Below, in pieces: positions 8,097-16,963 of a stretch of 18,559 nucleotides of DNA (positions within the stretch are counted from its first letter, which is position 1; each line of letters opens with the position of its first letter). The notes under the pieces were generated by a model that did no database searches, had not been told where the DNA came from, and saw only the letters and a program-made list of their open reading frames with translations. The stretch comes from Promethearchaeota archaeon (GTDB lineage Archaea > Asgardarchaeota > Lokiarchaeia > Sigyniarchaeales > SOKP01). The stretch spans positions 1-18,559 of the forward strand of contig JBHLLU010000066.1 in NCBI GenBank assembly GCA_048938895.1. Direction: 5' to 3'. Both the position numbers and the translations under genes were made by a program.

Positions 8097-8864
8097 ATGG
8101 TAAGTATATATTCTGATACTGATTGGAAAGACATCATTCCGCACGTTCCACCTGGTTTTGACAAAACCAAGTATAATACAATTTTTGACCAACATTCCCA
8201 TACAATTTTTAGCGACGGTAAATTAACTGTCAAACAGAATGTTGAATGGCATATAGCAATGGGATATAATGCTTTAGCAATTACTGATCATAATAATATG
8301 CGACATTTAGAAGTTATTGAAAAAGTAAGAAAAGAATATTCTGATCAAAAAATCGTTATACTTAGTGGAATAGAATGGACTACAAGCAGAATCCATTTAA
8401 ATTTTATTGGAGTTAACAAATGGCATTCCAAAATACCGATGAGACCTAAAGATCAAAATATCATCGATGCAATTAATGAAGCTCATGATCAAGGAGCTAT
8501 CGTGGTATGTGATCATATTCCATGGAGTATTAATGAATTTAATATGAAGACTCACCCTAGTTGTGAAGCATTATTGGAATGGGGTGTAGATTTTTTTGAA
8601 ATTGTCAATGATGACTCGCTTCCTGAAAATGTCTACGATGAGGAAACGTTTGATTTTTGTCAACTGCATAAAGGAGAGGTTGGTATACTCACAGGTACAG
8701 ATATGCACAAACCAGATGGTTTAGTAAGCGGAGGAGTACACGGTTGGACTATTATGAATATACCAGAATTCACTGAAGAAGCTTTAATGTATGAATTAAA
8801 AAAGAAAAATATAGAAATTATTTACTCAGAAACACCTTATTTAGATCCTGGATTTCATCATTAA
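8097..8864 (+). CDS. PHP-family metal-dependent phosphoesterase
   Basis: DQHSHTIFSDG, AITDHN, GIEW, IHL, DHIP and GTDMH metal-binding motifs. Confidence 0.9.
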   Translation: MVSIYSDTDWKDIIPHVPPGFDKTKYNTIFDQHSHTIFSDGKLTVKQNVEWHIAMGYNALAITDHNNMRHLEVIEKVRKEYSDQKIVILSGIEWTTSRIHLNFIGVNKWHSKIPMRPKDQNIIDAINEAHDQGAIVVCDHIPWSINEFNMKTHPSCEALLEWGVDFFEIVNDDSLPENVYDEETFDFCQLHKGEVGILTGTDMHKPDGLVSGGVHGWTIMNIPEFTEEALMYELKKKNIEIIYSETPYLDPGFHH

Positions 8865-8874
8865 ATGAAAAGCA

Positions 8875-10020
8875 TTAGGATTTATCAGGAATTACCCAAT
8901 TACCTTCCTCATAAATAACTTCACCATTCGCTAGGATTTTTGAACCCGATACTCTCATATCCTTTAACATATCCCAGTGTATTGCGCTTTCATTTTTTGA
9001 ACCGGCCTTTTTAAAGCCACGACCCAGAGCACAATGTATTGTGCCTCCTATTTTCTCATCAAACATCATATCTTTAGTGAATTGAGTTATCCCATAATTA
9101 GTACCAATGGCAAATTCTCCCATAATATTAGCATTCTCAACTTTAAGTATTTCATTTAAAAGGTCTTCACCTTTTTGAGCTGTTGCTGTAGAAACTTTTC
9201 CATCTTTAAACTCTAAGTAGATATTTTCAATTTCATTCCCCAATCGGATCCCCGGATAAGTAAACCTTATCCTTCCATTAACAGAATCCTCTACGGGTGA
9301 TGTATAGATTTCTCCGTCTGGTAAATTATAATGTCCGCAGGCATTAAGCCACTTTCTTCCCTTCACAGAAAACTTTAAATCTGTATCTTCCCCTAATACT
9401 TGAATTTTCTCAAATTTATTTATGTAATCAACAAACTTTTGTGTATTTTCTTCCAAATTTTTCCATTCTTGAATAGGATTTTCTTTATCAAGAAATATAG
9501 CCTTACTTACAAAATCGACATAAGAATATAGGTCCATATTTGCTTCCTGAGCAAAAGGATTGCAAGGAAACGGTATGTAACCACAAATCCTGAATTCACC
9601 CTTTGATTCTCTTTCCCAAACTATTTTTTGCTGCTCTTTTCGTTTCTCTGAACCTTGACGCTTCGCAATTTTGATAGGATCTATTAAGCTAAAACGTTTT
9701 GTATTATATTCTGCTTTTATTAAAATAAAACAATCAAATTCTTTATAAATATATGTGTGGACATCATCATGATATAATAGTTGCTCTTCAGAAGCATATT
9801 TATATAATAATTCATTGGTTCCTTCAATCCCTATATCTAAATATGGATGGGCTCCAGCTTTCAAAACTTCAACATAAATTGCACGTATCAGCTCTTCAGC
9901 CATCGCAGGACTAAGAATAAAAACTCTCTCTCCTTTTTTAACATTTAATGAATAATTTACCACTAACTGGGCATATTTTTCATACATTGGATTAATCATG
10001 GTTTGAACATAAGTAAACAT
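8875..10020 (-). CDS. Aminopeptidase, peptidase family M29 (AmpT/PepS-like); true start may be 9999 or 9987
   Basis: NLPDGEIYTSP, GEFAIG, FDEKIGGTIHCALG, SAIHWDM. Confidence 0.93.
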   Translation of the reverse strand: MFTYVQTMINPMYEKYAQLVVNYSLNVKKGERVFILSPAMAEELIRAIYVEVLKAGAHPYLDIGIEGTNELLYKYASEEQLLYHDDVHTYIYKEFDCFILIKAEYNTKRFSLIDPIKIAKRQGSEKRKEQQKIVWERESKGEFRICGYIPFPCNPFAQEANMDLYSYVDFVSKAIFLDKENPIQEWKNLEENTQKFVDYINKFEKIQVLGEDTDLKFSVKGRKWLNACGHYNLPDGEIYTSPVEDSVNGRIRFTYPGIRLGNEIENIYLEFKDGKVSTATAQKGEDLLNEILKVENANIMGEFAIGTNYGITQFTKDMMFDEKIGGTIHCALGRGFKKAGSKNESAIHWDMLKDMRVSGSKILANGEVIYEEGNWVIPDKS

Positions 10021-10127
10021 CTAATAAATATAATTTTCTTTTAGAGTTTTCGGAGATCTTCATGAAAGCACACTTTCGCGACTTTTTATATATTCTGTGA
10101 TGTTTCTTTAGTAATATCTTGATAACA

Positions 10128-10145
10128 TTTCTCAAGTATGAGAAA
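10128..10145. promoter_or_regulatory. Palindromic operator candidate TTTCTCA-N4-TGAGAAA
   Basis: Perfect 7-bp inverted repeat in the divergent aminopeptidase/VOC intergenic region. Confidence 0.4.
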
Positions 10146-10227
10146 GTTTAAAATTTATTATAGAGAGTATTGTTTTATATACAAGACCAATCAATTAGTA
10201 ACATAATTCAATAATTTTTATTAAAGA

Positions 10228-10235
10228 GAGGTGAT
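10228..10235 (+). promoter_or_regulatory. Shine-Dalgarno site for the TTG start at 10241
   Basis: GAGGTGAT 5 nt before TTG. Confidence 0.7.
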
Positions 10236-10240
10236 ATTAA

Positions 10241-10606
10241 TTGCCAAAAATAGCTCATTTTGAAATAAATGCCGATGATGTTGAAAGAGCAAAAAAGTTT
10301 TATGAAAAGACTTTTGAGTGGGAAATTGAAAAATGGGAAGGTGGGGAGTATTGGGTGATTAAAGCAGGAGATGATGATGAGGATGGTATAAATGGGGGTT
10401 TACAAAAAAGAGAAGATCCAGAGGATCAAGTTCATAATTATATTACTGTTAAATCTGTAGAGGAATCAAAAACCAAAATCGAAGAGAATGGAGGGGTAAT
10501 AGTTTCTCCTAAAATTACAGTCCCAGGAGTTGGGTATTTTTATATGTTTAAAGATTCTGAAGGAAATAAACTTGGAATTATGCAAGAAGATGAAAAAGCA
10601 AAATAA
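10241..10606 (+). CDS. VOC (glyoxalase/bleomycin-resistance) family protein
   Basis: IAHFEINADDVERAKKFYEKTFEW, GINGGL, VPGVGYFYMFKDSEGN. Confidence 0.93.
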   Translation: MPKIAHFEINADDVERAKKFYEKTFEWEIEKWEGGEYWVIKAGDDDEDGINGGLQKREDPEDQVHNYITVKSVEESKTKIEENGGVIVSPKITVPGVGYFYMFKDSEGNKLGIMQEDEKAK

Positions 10607-10669
10607 ACTATAGTCATAATTATCTATTTTTTTAAATAATAATCAAAATAATAAAACAAATTAGATTAA

Positions 10670-11989
10670 TTATTCTATTACTTCAGCTATTTGAGCAGGT
10701 TCTATGATTTCTTCAACTTCGGTAATTTCTTCAGTTTCCTTCATTTTTACTCTATCAATTACTTCAAGTTGTTTTATTTGTGTAAAAGACCATATAGTAA
10801 ACGGCATTATTATCCCAATTATCGCAAAAATGAGAAATAGAGGAATTATACCCCAAATCTCTGATAATGGACCTGCAAGTAGTGCTCCTATAGGGGCAAT
10901 TGCCATAGAAATCATGTGATCTATCGACATAATTCTTCCGATTTTGTCCTTAGATACAACAGTTTGCAAAATAGCCAGATACAATGATACTGTAATTGGA
11001 AAAATCATCCATGCCGGGAATAATGTTATAATCATTAATAGAAAGTTTCCCTTGGGTGCGAGAATAGCAGGTATCTGACATATAAAAAACAATGAACCCC
11101 CGATTATATTTATTTTAATTTTATGCTTCCATGATTTCTTAATTGACATGATTACAGAACCAACTATATTTCCAACTTGAGCAGATGTCATAAGTAGGGC
11201 AAGATTTAGCGCCGTTCCTTCATGGGTATATCTTACAAAGTATGGCATTAACACAGCCCAAGGTCTATTGATAAAGTTCCAAAGCATAGCAAAGGCAATC
11301 ATCGCAAATAGCCCTGGAATCATCTTGATCGTATGCAATCCTGTTTTAAAGTCCCTAATGAATGATTTTTCAGTAGCTTCTTCAGTGACCGTTTTATGAC
11401 TAGATGGTATTTTTATAAGCACTAATGGAACAAGAGCAATCAAAAATGTAATTATATCAATAAAGAAAATTTGCTCTACACTATCTTCAAAGAATTCTAA
11501 TAATGTTGCAGCTATTACAGGCCCTATAGTAAATATTAATCCCGAAAATAAGAAGTTAAATCCATTTACTCGACTTAGATTTTCTTTAGGAACCATAATT
11601 GGTATTAAAGAGTTAACTGCGGGGTATTGAAATGCAAATAATGCAGCACGAAAGAAATTTATCCCTAAAACTAACCATACATTTTTAATATCAAATAGAA
11701 AAAATACAAATAGTAAAAAAGTAGATGCTGCTTGTAAGGAATCTGAAATAGCGATGATTGCTTTCTTACTCCATCTATCAGATAATACGCCGGAAAATGG
11801 AGTCACTATGATTTGTGGAATAAACATCAAGAACACAGATATCGATAATATCACGGCGCTACCTGTCTCTACTGTTAGCCACCATGTGATAGTAAAGCCA
11901 ACTATCAAGGAACCTAACATAGAGAAGTTTTGACCGCCCAAAAAGTAAAGATAATGATTTTTGGTCTTTTTAGTCGGTGTTTGTTCCAT
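10670..11989 (-). CDS. MFS transporter, MefA/DHA3-like efflux family
   Basis: About 12 hydrophobic segments, GQNFSMLGS, motif A SGVLSDRWSKK, LQTVVSKDKIGRI. Confidence 0.9.
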   Translation of the reverse strand: MEQTPTKKTKNHYLYFLGGQNFSMLGSLIVGFTITWWLTVETGSAVILSISVFLMFIPQIIVTPFSGVLSDRWSKKAIIAISDSLQAASTFLLFVFFLFDIKNVWLVLGINFFRAALFAFQYPAVNSLIPIMVPKENLSRVNGFNFLFSGLIFTIGPVIAATLLEFFEDSVEQIFFIDIITFLIALVPLVLIKIPSSHKTVTEEATEKSFIRDFKTGLHTIKMIPGLFAMIAFAMLWNFINRPWAVLMPYFVRYTHEGTALNLALLMTSAQVGNIVGSVIMSIKKSWKHKIKINIIGGSLFFICQIPAILAPKGNFLLMIITLFPAWMIFPITVSLYLAILQTVVSKDKIGRIMSIDHMISMAIAPIGALLAGPLSEIWGIIPLFLIFAIIGIIMPFTIWSFTQIKQLEVIDRVKMKETEEITEVEEIIEPAQIAEVIE

Positions 11990-12060
11990 TTTCTTAAATC
12001 TAAATTTAATTTTTTTGTTATGTTAATTCTACTAATCATCGATTAAATAGATTTAATTGC

Positions 12061-12105
12061 TGAACTTTAAACCCTTGTTGAACTATATATGAACTTTAAA
12101 TCCCT
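12061..12105. repeat. Three direct repeats TGAACTWTAWA in a divergent promoter region
   Basis: Copies at 12061-12071, 12079-12089 and 12090-12100; the first and third are followed by (T)CCCT. Confidence 0.5.
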
Positions 12106-12194
12106 AATGATGCTTTGTGTTTTTAACCACTAAGAAAAATATATTCTAGATTTCATATAGAAATAGATTAATTACAGGGAGTATTTTTTATCAT

Positions 12195-12914
12195 ATGATC
12201 CAAGCAATTACATTTGACTTATGGAATACTTTGATTATTAATAAATCCTATTCTAAGCAAAGATTAGAAAAATTTTTTCAGTTTTTACAAGAGAGAGAGA
12301 TTTTCTTATCTTTTGAGGATCTGAGAAAATCTTATGACAATAAGTTTCATTTCACTGAAGTTACGTTTGAAGAGATCGGATTTCATCACATTTATACGGA
12401 AGAAAGAGTTATAAACGTACTTAGAGAGTTAAATTTAGAGATTCCACGAGAAGATTTAGAAATTTTAATAAATAATTTTGAAGTAATGATGCTACAAGAT
12501 CCCCCATTGCTTAAAACAGGTGTTAAAAAAACTTTGGAGGAACTCGCACCAACGTATCAAATAGGATTAATTTCTAATACAGGAATTACTCCAGGTCGAA
12601 TTTTAAGCAAGATGTTGGATGGGCATAATATACTTGATTTGTTTGACATAACAATTTTTTCTGATGAGACTGGTTATTTCAAACCCCACATGAAAATGTT
12701 TGAAATACCTTTGAAAAAATTAAACTGTAAACGTGAAAATGCAATCCATATTGGTGATATGCTAGAAACAGATGTTAAAGGTGCTAATGAATATCAAATT
12801 TTGTCGGTATGGCTCAACGAGACAAACAAAGAGAGTTCACTTGAGATTAAACCGGATTATGAGATTAAAGAGATACCTGAAATTATCCAGATAATTAATG
12901 AAATATCAAACTAG
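12195..12914 (+). CDS. HAD-superfamily hydrolase
   Basis: Motif I FDLWNTL, motif II LISNT, motif III KP, motif IV HIGDMLETDVKGA. Confidence 0.92.
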   Translation: MIQAITFDLWNTLIINKSYSKQRLEKFFQFLQEREIFLSFEDLRKSYDNKFHFTEVTFEEIGFHHIYTEERVINVLRELNLEIPREDLEILINNFEVMMLQDPPLLKTGVKKTLEELAPTYQIGLISNTGITPGRILSKMLDGHNILDLFDITIFSDETGYFKPHMKMFEIPLKKLNCKRENAIHIGDMLETDVKGANEYQILSVWLNETNKESSLEIKPDYEIKEIPEIIQIINEISN

Positions 12915-13010
12915 TGAAGGATTATACCAGAGGATAAAAACAACAACTAAGAATATTAATAATAAAAATTGAGAAAATAAAAGAAATATCTGGAAATTAT
13001 CTAAAAACAT
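12906..13010 (-). CDS. Candidate 34-aa single-TM small protein (not in ORF track)
   Basis: MFLDNFQIFLLFSQFLLLIFLVVVFILWYNPSLV*; TATA-like TATAATATA about 17-25 nt upstream. Confidence 0.25.
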   Translation of the reverse strand: MFLDNFQIFLLFSQFLLLIFLVVVFILWYNPSLV

Positions 13011-13088
13011 TAGGAAGAATTTAATGCTATATTATATCTTATTAACATTATCTATTTTACTTTTAATTCCTATTTTTCAATTGTATTT

Positions 13089-13661
13089 ATGAAAGTTACT
13101 GATACTAATATTGATGTTCATAGAAAGAATAAAGTACTTTTATGGGAAGTTGTTGGCATATTCTTTGTGAGTATTTTAGGGGCAATGTTTCATTTTGTTT
13201 TTGAATGGTTAGGACATTGGGAACCAATAGGAGGTTTCTTTCCTGTAAATGAAAGTGTTTGGGAACATTTGAAATTACCATTCTGGCCATTGTTAATATT
13301 TGGTTTAATTGAATACAATTTCATTAAAGAAGAATCAGAAAATCTTTTGATTGGAAAAGCTGTAGCCGCATTAATAAGTATAGCAACAATTCTAATTGTT
13401 TTTTATTCATATACAACCATATTTGGAATAGAACTTCTAGTTGTTGATATACTTAGTTTTATTGCTGGAGTTGTTATTGGTCAATTGGTGAGTTACAAAA
13501 TTCTGATAAAGAGTAAGATGCCTAAAATATTTTCATATATCTCATGGATTTTTATTGTTACTCTTGGATTAATTTTCTTCTTGTTCACTTATATCCCACC
13601 ACAAATACCGATTTTTCAAGATTCTGAAACAGGTCTTTATGGTATTTTAAATAATATTTAA
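13089..13661 (+). CDS. DUF6512-like integral membrane protein
   Basis: LGAMFHFVFEW and PVNESVWEHLKL signature, about 5 TM segments, C-terminal PIFQD..TG.YG. Confidence 0.8.
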   Translation: MKVTDTNIDVHRKNKVLLWEVVGIFFVSILGAMFHFVFEWLGHWEPIGGFFPVNESVWEHLKLPFWPLLIFGLIEYNFIKEESENLLIGKAVAALISIATILIVFYSYTTIFGIELLVVDILSFIAGVVIGQLVSYKILIKSKMPKIFSYISWIFIVTLGLIFFLFTYIPPQIPIFQDSETGLYGILNNI

Positions 13662-13746
13662 TAAGCATCATCACATTTTTTTATTCATTTGTTTTATTTT
13701 TTAATATATAATATTTTAATTTCATGATAAACTAATTTGTATCAAA

Positions 13747-15372
13747 GTGCAGTCTTACGATTTTGATTCTGAAGCCCAAAAGCATTTTAATAAAGCTTTT
13801 TCGGAAATTAAGCCAACAAATTGGCGACAGTGGTTAGATTTAGCTACTAAAGAGGAATATGAAGACTTAGCTTTAAAAAATTCTGGATTGGATTCAGTAG
13901 ATAATATATTTGAACAAATAGTAAAGATAAAGTCAAGTTCTAAAGATCTCTCTATAGATCTTAAAAGATTCATATCTGAGAATCAAAAATCTACCCCTTT
14001 AATCATATGTCATAGTTCAGGTACAACGAACAGCAATCTCAATGCTCTTAAATGGTTTTTTATGTCAAAAGAAGTCGTACAGAGACAATGGGCTCCTGGG
14101 ATGCAAGCAATATTTGAATCAAGCGGTTTAGACTCGAAATCTTCTGCTGTTATCTTTGTACCTTCAAGAATGAAATTTGACGGTATTCAATTTATCGATG
14201 AAATTAAATACATCTCTTTATACTCCTCTGAATTTTCACAAAGAGTTATGCTTTCGATATTAAATCCAAAAACCTACCTCTTTAATGAGTACAAGAACTC
14301 AAAAAGCTTAGAAATTATCTCCCAAATCTTATCTTTAGAAGATATATCAGTAGTATCTGCTCCTGCAGCAACAATACTAAGTTGGGCAGATCTCGAGAAA
14401 TTAAAGGAAGGAATAAGAAGATATTTAAAGCAAGACAACCATAAACCAGATAATTTAAAGAAAATTTTTGAAAGGGAAAATCTTACTTCAGCATGTAAAA
14501 TTATCCAACAGAAGCTTTCAGAAAAGCTTTCAAAAACCACATTAATATTTAGTATTAGCTCACTCTCAGAATCGGATTGGTACTTGATAAGAAAGTTCAT
14601 GAAATGGGAAAAGGGTCAGGAAAAATTTACAAATTTATATGTTATTTCTGAGATTGGTCCATTTGCTGCAAGTATTACTAAAGCAGATTTCACTGTATCA
14701 CGTGCAAATAGAATGTATGTGTTTCCATTGACATTGCCTGTTATAGAACATGATAATAAAAAGGAACTAATCACTAGAACAAAGAAGAGTGTTGGTAGAC
14801 TTCTAGTTTCTAGACTACACAACTCGAAAGCTATGATCAATATGGATCTCGGTGATGTAATTTCTTTAGTAGATCAAGAAAAATTACCCCTCATTGAAGG
14901 AAATATTCGAAGATCATGTTTTAAGCTAAAATATCCATTAAAAATTGCTGAGAATATTCCTATTCCAACGAATTATTCAATTTTTGCAGGTGATTATTTT
15001 CCTCTTAAAGATTTTAGAATTATTGATCCTCGGAAAACTATTAATTGTGTGAGTAAACAATTTGATTTAAAGAACGATTCGATATTGCTAATTTATAGAA
15101 ATACTAATAAATGGATTTTATACATTGCTCTAGCAAATATTAACAGAAATGCTATTCAAGATGAAATTATTAATGACATATTAAAATGTTCTGAGGAAGT
15201 CGGTTTCAAAGAAGTAATCGAGAATGGATATTTAGAAATTGAAATAATTGATGAAGCTCCAGTTGATTTTTTTGCCTCTAGGTCTGAAATTTTATCAAAA
15301 GTGAGAAATGGAAAACTGCCAAAAGGAATTCTGAAGAGATGGCCTTTATATTTGTTAAGAACAGAGATTTAA
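13747..15372 (-). other. No minus-strand gene here; the short antisense ORFs are shadows of the plus-strand CDS
   Basis: The 72, 108 and 74 aa antisense ORFs lie wholly inside a motif-bearing CDS. Confidence 0.3.
13747..15372 (+). CDS. Divergent adenylate-forming (ANL superfamily) enzyme, PaaK/LuxE/GH3-like; GTG start
   Basis: P-loop HSSGTT..K, LYVISEIG (YxxSE), and GRLLVSRL...MINMDLGDVI matching the PaaK G(E)LxxT.L...RYxxGD region. Confidence 0.7.
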   Translation: MQSYDFDSEAQKHFNKAFSEIKPTNWRQWLDLATKEEYEDLALKNSGLDSVDNIFEQIVKIKSSSKDLSIDLKRFISENQKSTPLIICHSSGTTNSNLNALKWFFMSKEVVQRQWAPGMQAIFESSGLDSKSSAVIFVPSRMKFDGIQFIDEIKYISLYSSEFSQRVMLSILNPKTYLFNEYKNSKSLEIISQILSLEDISVVSAPAATILSWADLEKLKEGIRRYLKQDNHKPDNLKKIFERENLTSACKIIQQKLSEKLSKTTLIFSISSLSESDWYLIRKFMKWEKGQEKFTNLYVISEIGPFAASITKADFTVSRANRMYVFPLTLPVIEHDNKKELITRTKKSVGRLLVSRLHNSKAMINMDLGDVISLVDQEKLPLIEGNIRRSCFKLKYPLKIAENIPIPTNYSIFAGDYFPLKDFRIIDPRKTINCVSKQFDLKNDSILLIYRNTNKWILYIALANINRNAIQDEIINDILKCSEEVGFKEVIENGYLEIEIIDEAPVDFFASRSEILSKVRNGKLPKGILKRWPLYLLRTEI

Positions 15373-15391
15373 TGGTTTTAAATATGAAAGG

Positions 15392-15422
15392 AAAAAAAAA
15401 GATTATGCAGTATGATCCTGCA
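15392..15422 (-). terminator. Hairpin plus U9 terminator-like element on the minus strand
   Basis: TGCAG-N7-CTGCA at 15406-15422; A9 at 15392-15400 reads as T9 downstream of the hairpin on the minus strand. Confidence 0.4.
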
Positions 15423-15434
15423 ACCTTTAAATGG

Positions 15435-15507
15435 TCGAGAACTTATTATTAAGAAGGCGGGAGTACCTTTCAGAGTAGAAAATTTTTAAGACGATATAAG
15501 TTCTCGA
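15435..15507. repeat. Perfect 12-bp inverted repeat with 49-nt spacer (candidate structured RNA)
   Basis: TCGAGAACTTAT 15435-15446 and ATAAGTTCTCGA 15496-15507, with inner hairpin AAGG-N8-CCTT. Confidence 0.6.
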
Positions 15508-15591
15508 ATATAGTTTTAGGAATGTTTTTTATATTATTCATTCGATTTATATTTATTATCCTTATAGAAAGTGAGATAAAATAGTGATTAT

Positions 15592-16209
15592 ATGAACAAT
15601 CCACATGATATATGTATATGGAAAGAAACTGCAGAATGTGAGGATTGCTCTGTCAAATGTAAGTTAATTTGCCATTTTCAAAGTAAATATTTATTAAGTT
15701 TCCTGGGATTTTTTATTGTTTTTGTTATTACAATGTTTTTTGGTGTTATATTATCTGGTTATGGATGGTTTTTATTAGGCTGGGTCGGTTTTTGGTTGTT
15801 TTTCTTTGAATTTTGGGAGATTAGAATTTTATGTAGTCATTGTCCTTTCTATGCTGAAGAGGGAAAAACGATTCATTGTATAGCAAATTATGGCAGTATG
15901 AAATTATGGAAGTATCATCCCGAACCGATAAAATTGTCTGAAAAAGTCCAATTGATAATTGGATTTATTATTCTCATGGGGTATCCGCTTGTTTTTTTAA
16001 TTTTAGGTAAGCAAATCATTCTTTTAATAATTGGACTTCTACAAATAATTGCCTTCTTTACTTTTTTAGAAGTAAAAAGATGTGGTGTATGCCTTAATTT
16101 TTCCTGCCCTTTAAATCATGTAAAAAAAGAAGTGGTTGATGAATTTCTTAAAAAGAATCCGGTGATGAGAAAGGCATGGGAAGAAGCAGGATACGAGATT
16201 ACAAATTAG
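15592..16209 (+). CDS. Cys-rich four-TM membrane protein, probable metal or Fe-S binding
   Basis: 11 Cys in three clusters (N-terminal, CSHCPFY..HC, CGVCLNFSCPLN) around two hydrophobic hairpins. Confidence 0.8.
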   Translation: MNNPHDICIWKETAECEDCSVKCKLICHFQSKYLLSFLGFFIVFVITMFFGVILSGYGWFLLGWVGFWLFFFEFWEIRILCSHCPFYAEEGKTIHCIANYGSMKLWKYHPEPIKLSEKVQLIIGFIILMGYPLVFLILGKQIILLIIGLLQIIAFFTFLEVKRCGVCLNFSCPLNHVKKEVVDEFLKKNPVMRKAWEEAGYEITN

Positions 16210-16258
16210 AACTTTATTCCCATAATTCTGTAATATATTAATTATCTTAATTTAATCC

Positions 16259-16864
16259 TCAAATATCTATATTGAATTTCCTTAATTCGCTTGGTAAATC
16301 AGTATAAGGTAGATAATGAATTGTTTTTATATTTAATCTTTTTGCTTGCTCAATAAATTGCTCTATATCATCAATAAATATGGAATCTTCTGGAATCAGA
16401 TTATACTCTCGCAATAAGTAATGAAATATTTCAATTTCTGGTTTAATTAATTTAATTTCACAGGAAAGCACTAAACCATCAAAAAATGAGAAGAAATTAT
16501 ATTTTTCTTTTACGAATTCATAAGCTTCTTGAATAAAGTTAGATAAAACATATAATTTGTATCCTTTATATTTCAATTTGCTTAATAACTCTACATTGTC
16601 CTGAATTGGGGTTAACATTTCCTTCCAATATGTAAAAAATATGTGTAATAATTCTATTTCTTCAGGGTACATTTGGATAAATTTCTTTTCAGCATATTTT
16701 AGTGAAAATGACCCTCTATCTAAATCTGCCCATATATCACTTTTAATTATGTTTCTTATGAATGTATCAATCTGAATTTTATCTTTTGTATAGTTTGCTA
16801 AAAAAAGTTCAGGTTTAAAGCTCAATAAAACATTACCTAAATCGAAAATAATATTTTTTATCAA
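16259..16864 (-). CDS. HAD-family phosphatase (YihX-like); TTG start
   Basis: IIFDLGNVL, LYVLSN, KPEIEIF, FIDD. Confidence 0.92.
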   Translation of the reverse strand: MIKNIIFDLGNVLLSFKPELFLANYTKDKIQIDTFIRNIIKSDIWADLDRGSFSLKYAEKKFIQMYPEEIELLHIFFTYWKEMLTPIQDNVELLSKLKYKGYKLYVLSNFIQEAYEFVKEKYNFFSFFDGLVLSCEIKLIKPEIEIFHYLLREYNLIPEDSIFIDDIEQFIEQAKRLNIKTIHYLPYTDLPSELRKFNIDI

Positions 16865-16963
16865 GAGTGTTTTTGAATTTATTTTATTTAATTAATTAGG
16901 AGAATATTTTAAGGTTTTACGTCAGTTCCAAAGTAATAAATTTATCTGTATTTTAGAAAACTT

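Noticed and set aside
15384-15541. Tiny ORFs over the inverted repeat (+15384-15452, 22 aa; -15541-15470, 23 aa)
   Set aside because: Lengths expected by chance and no supporting signals; the nucleotide structure explains the region better.
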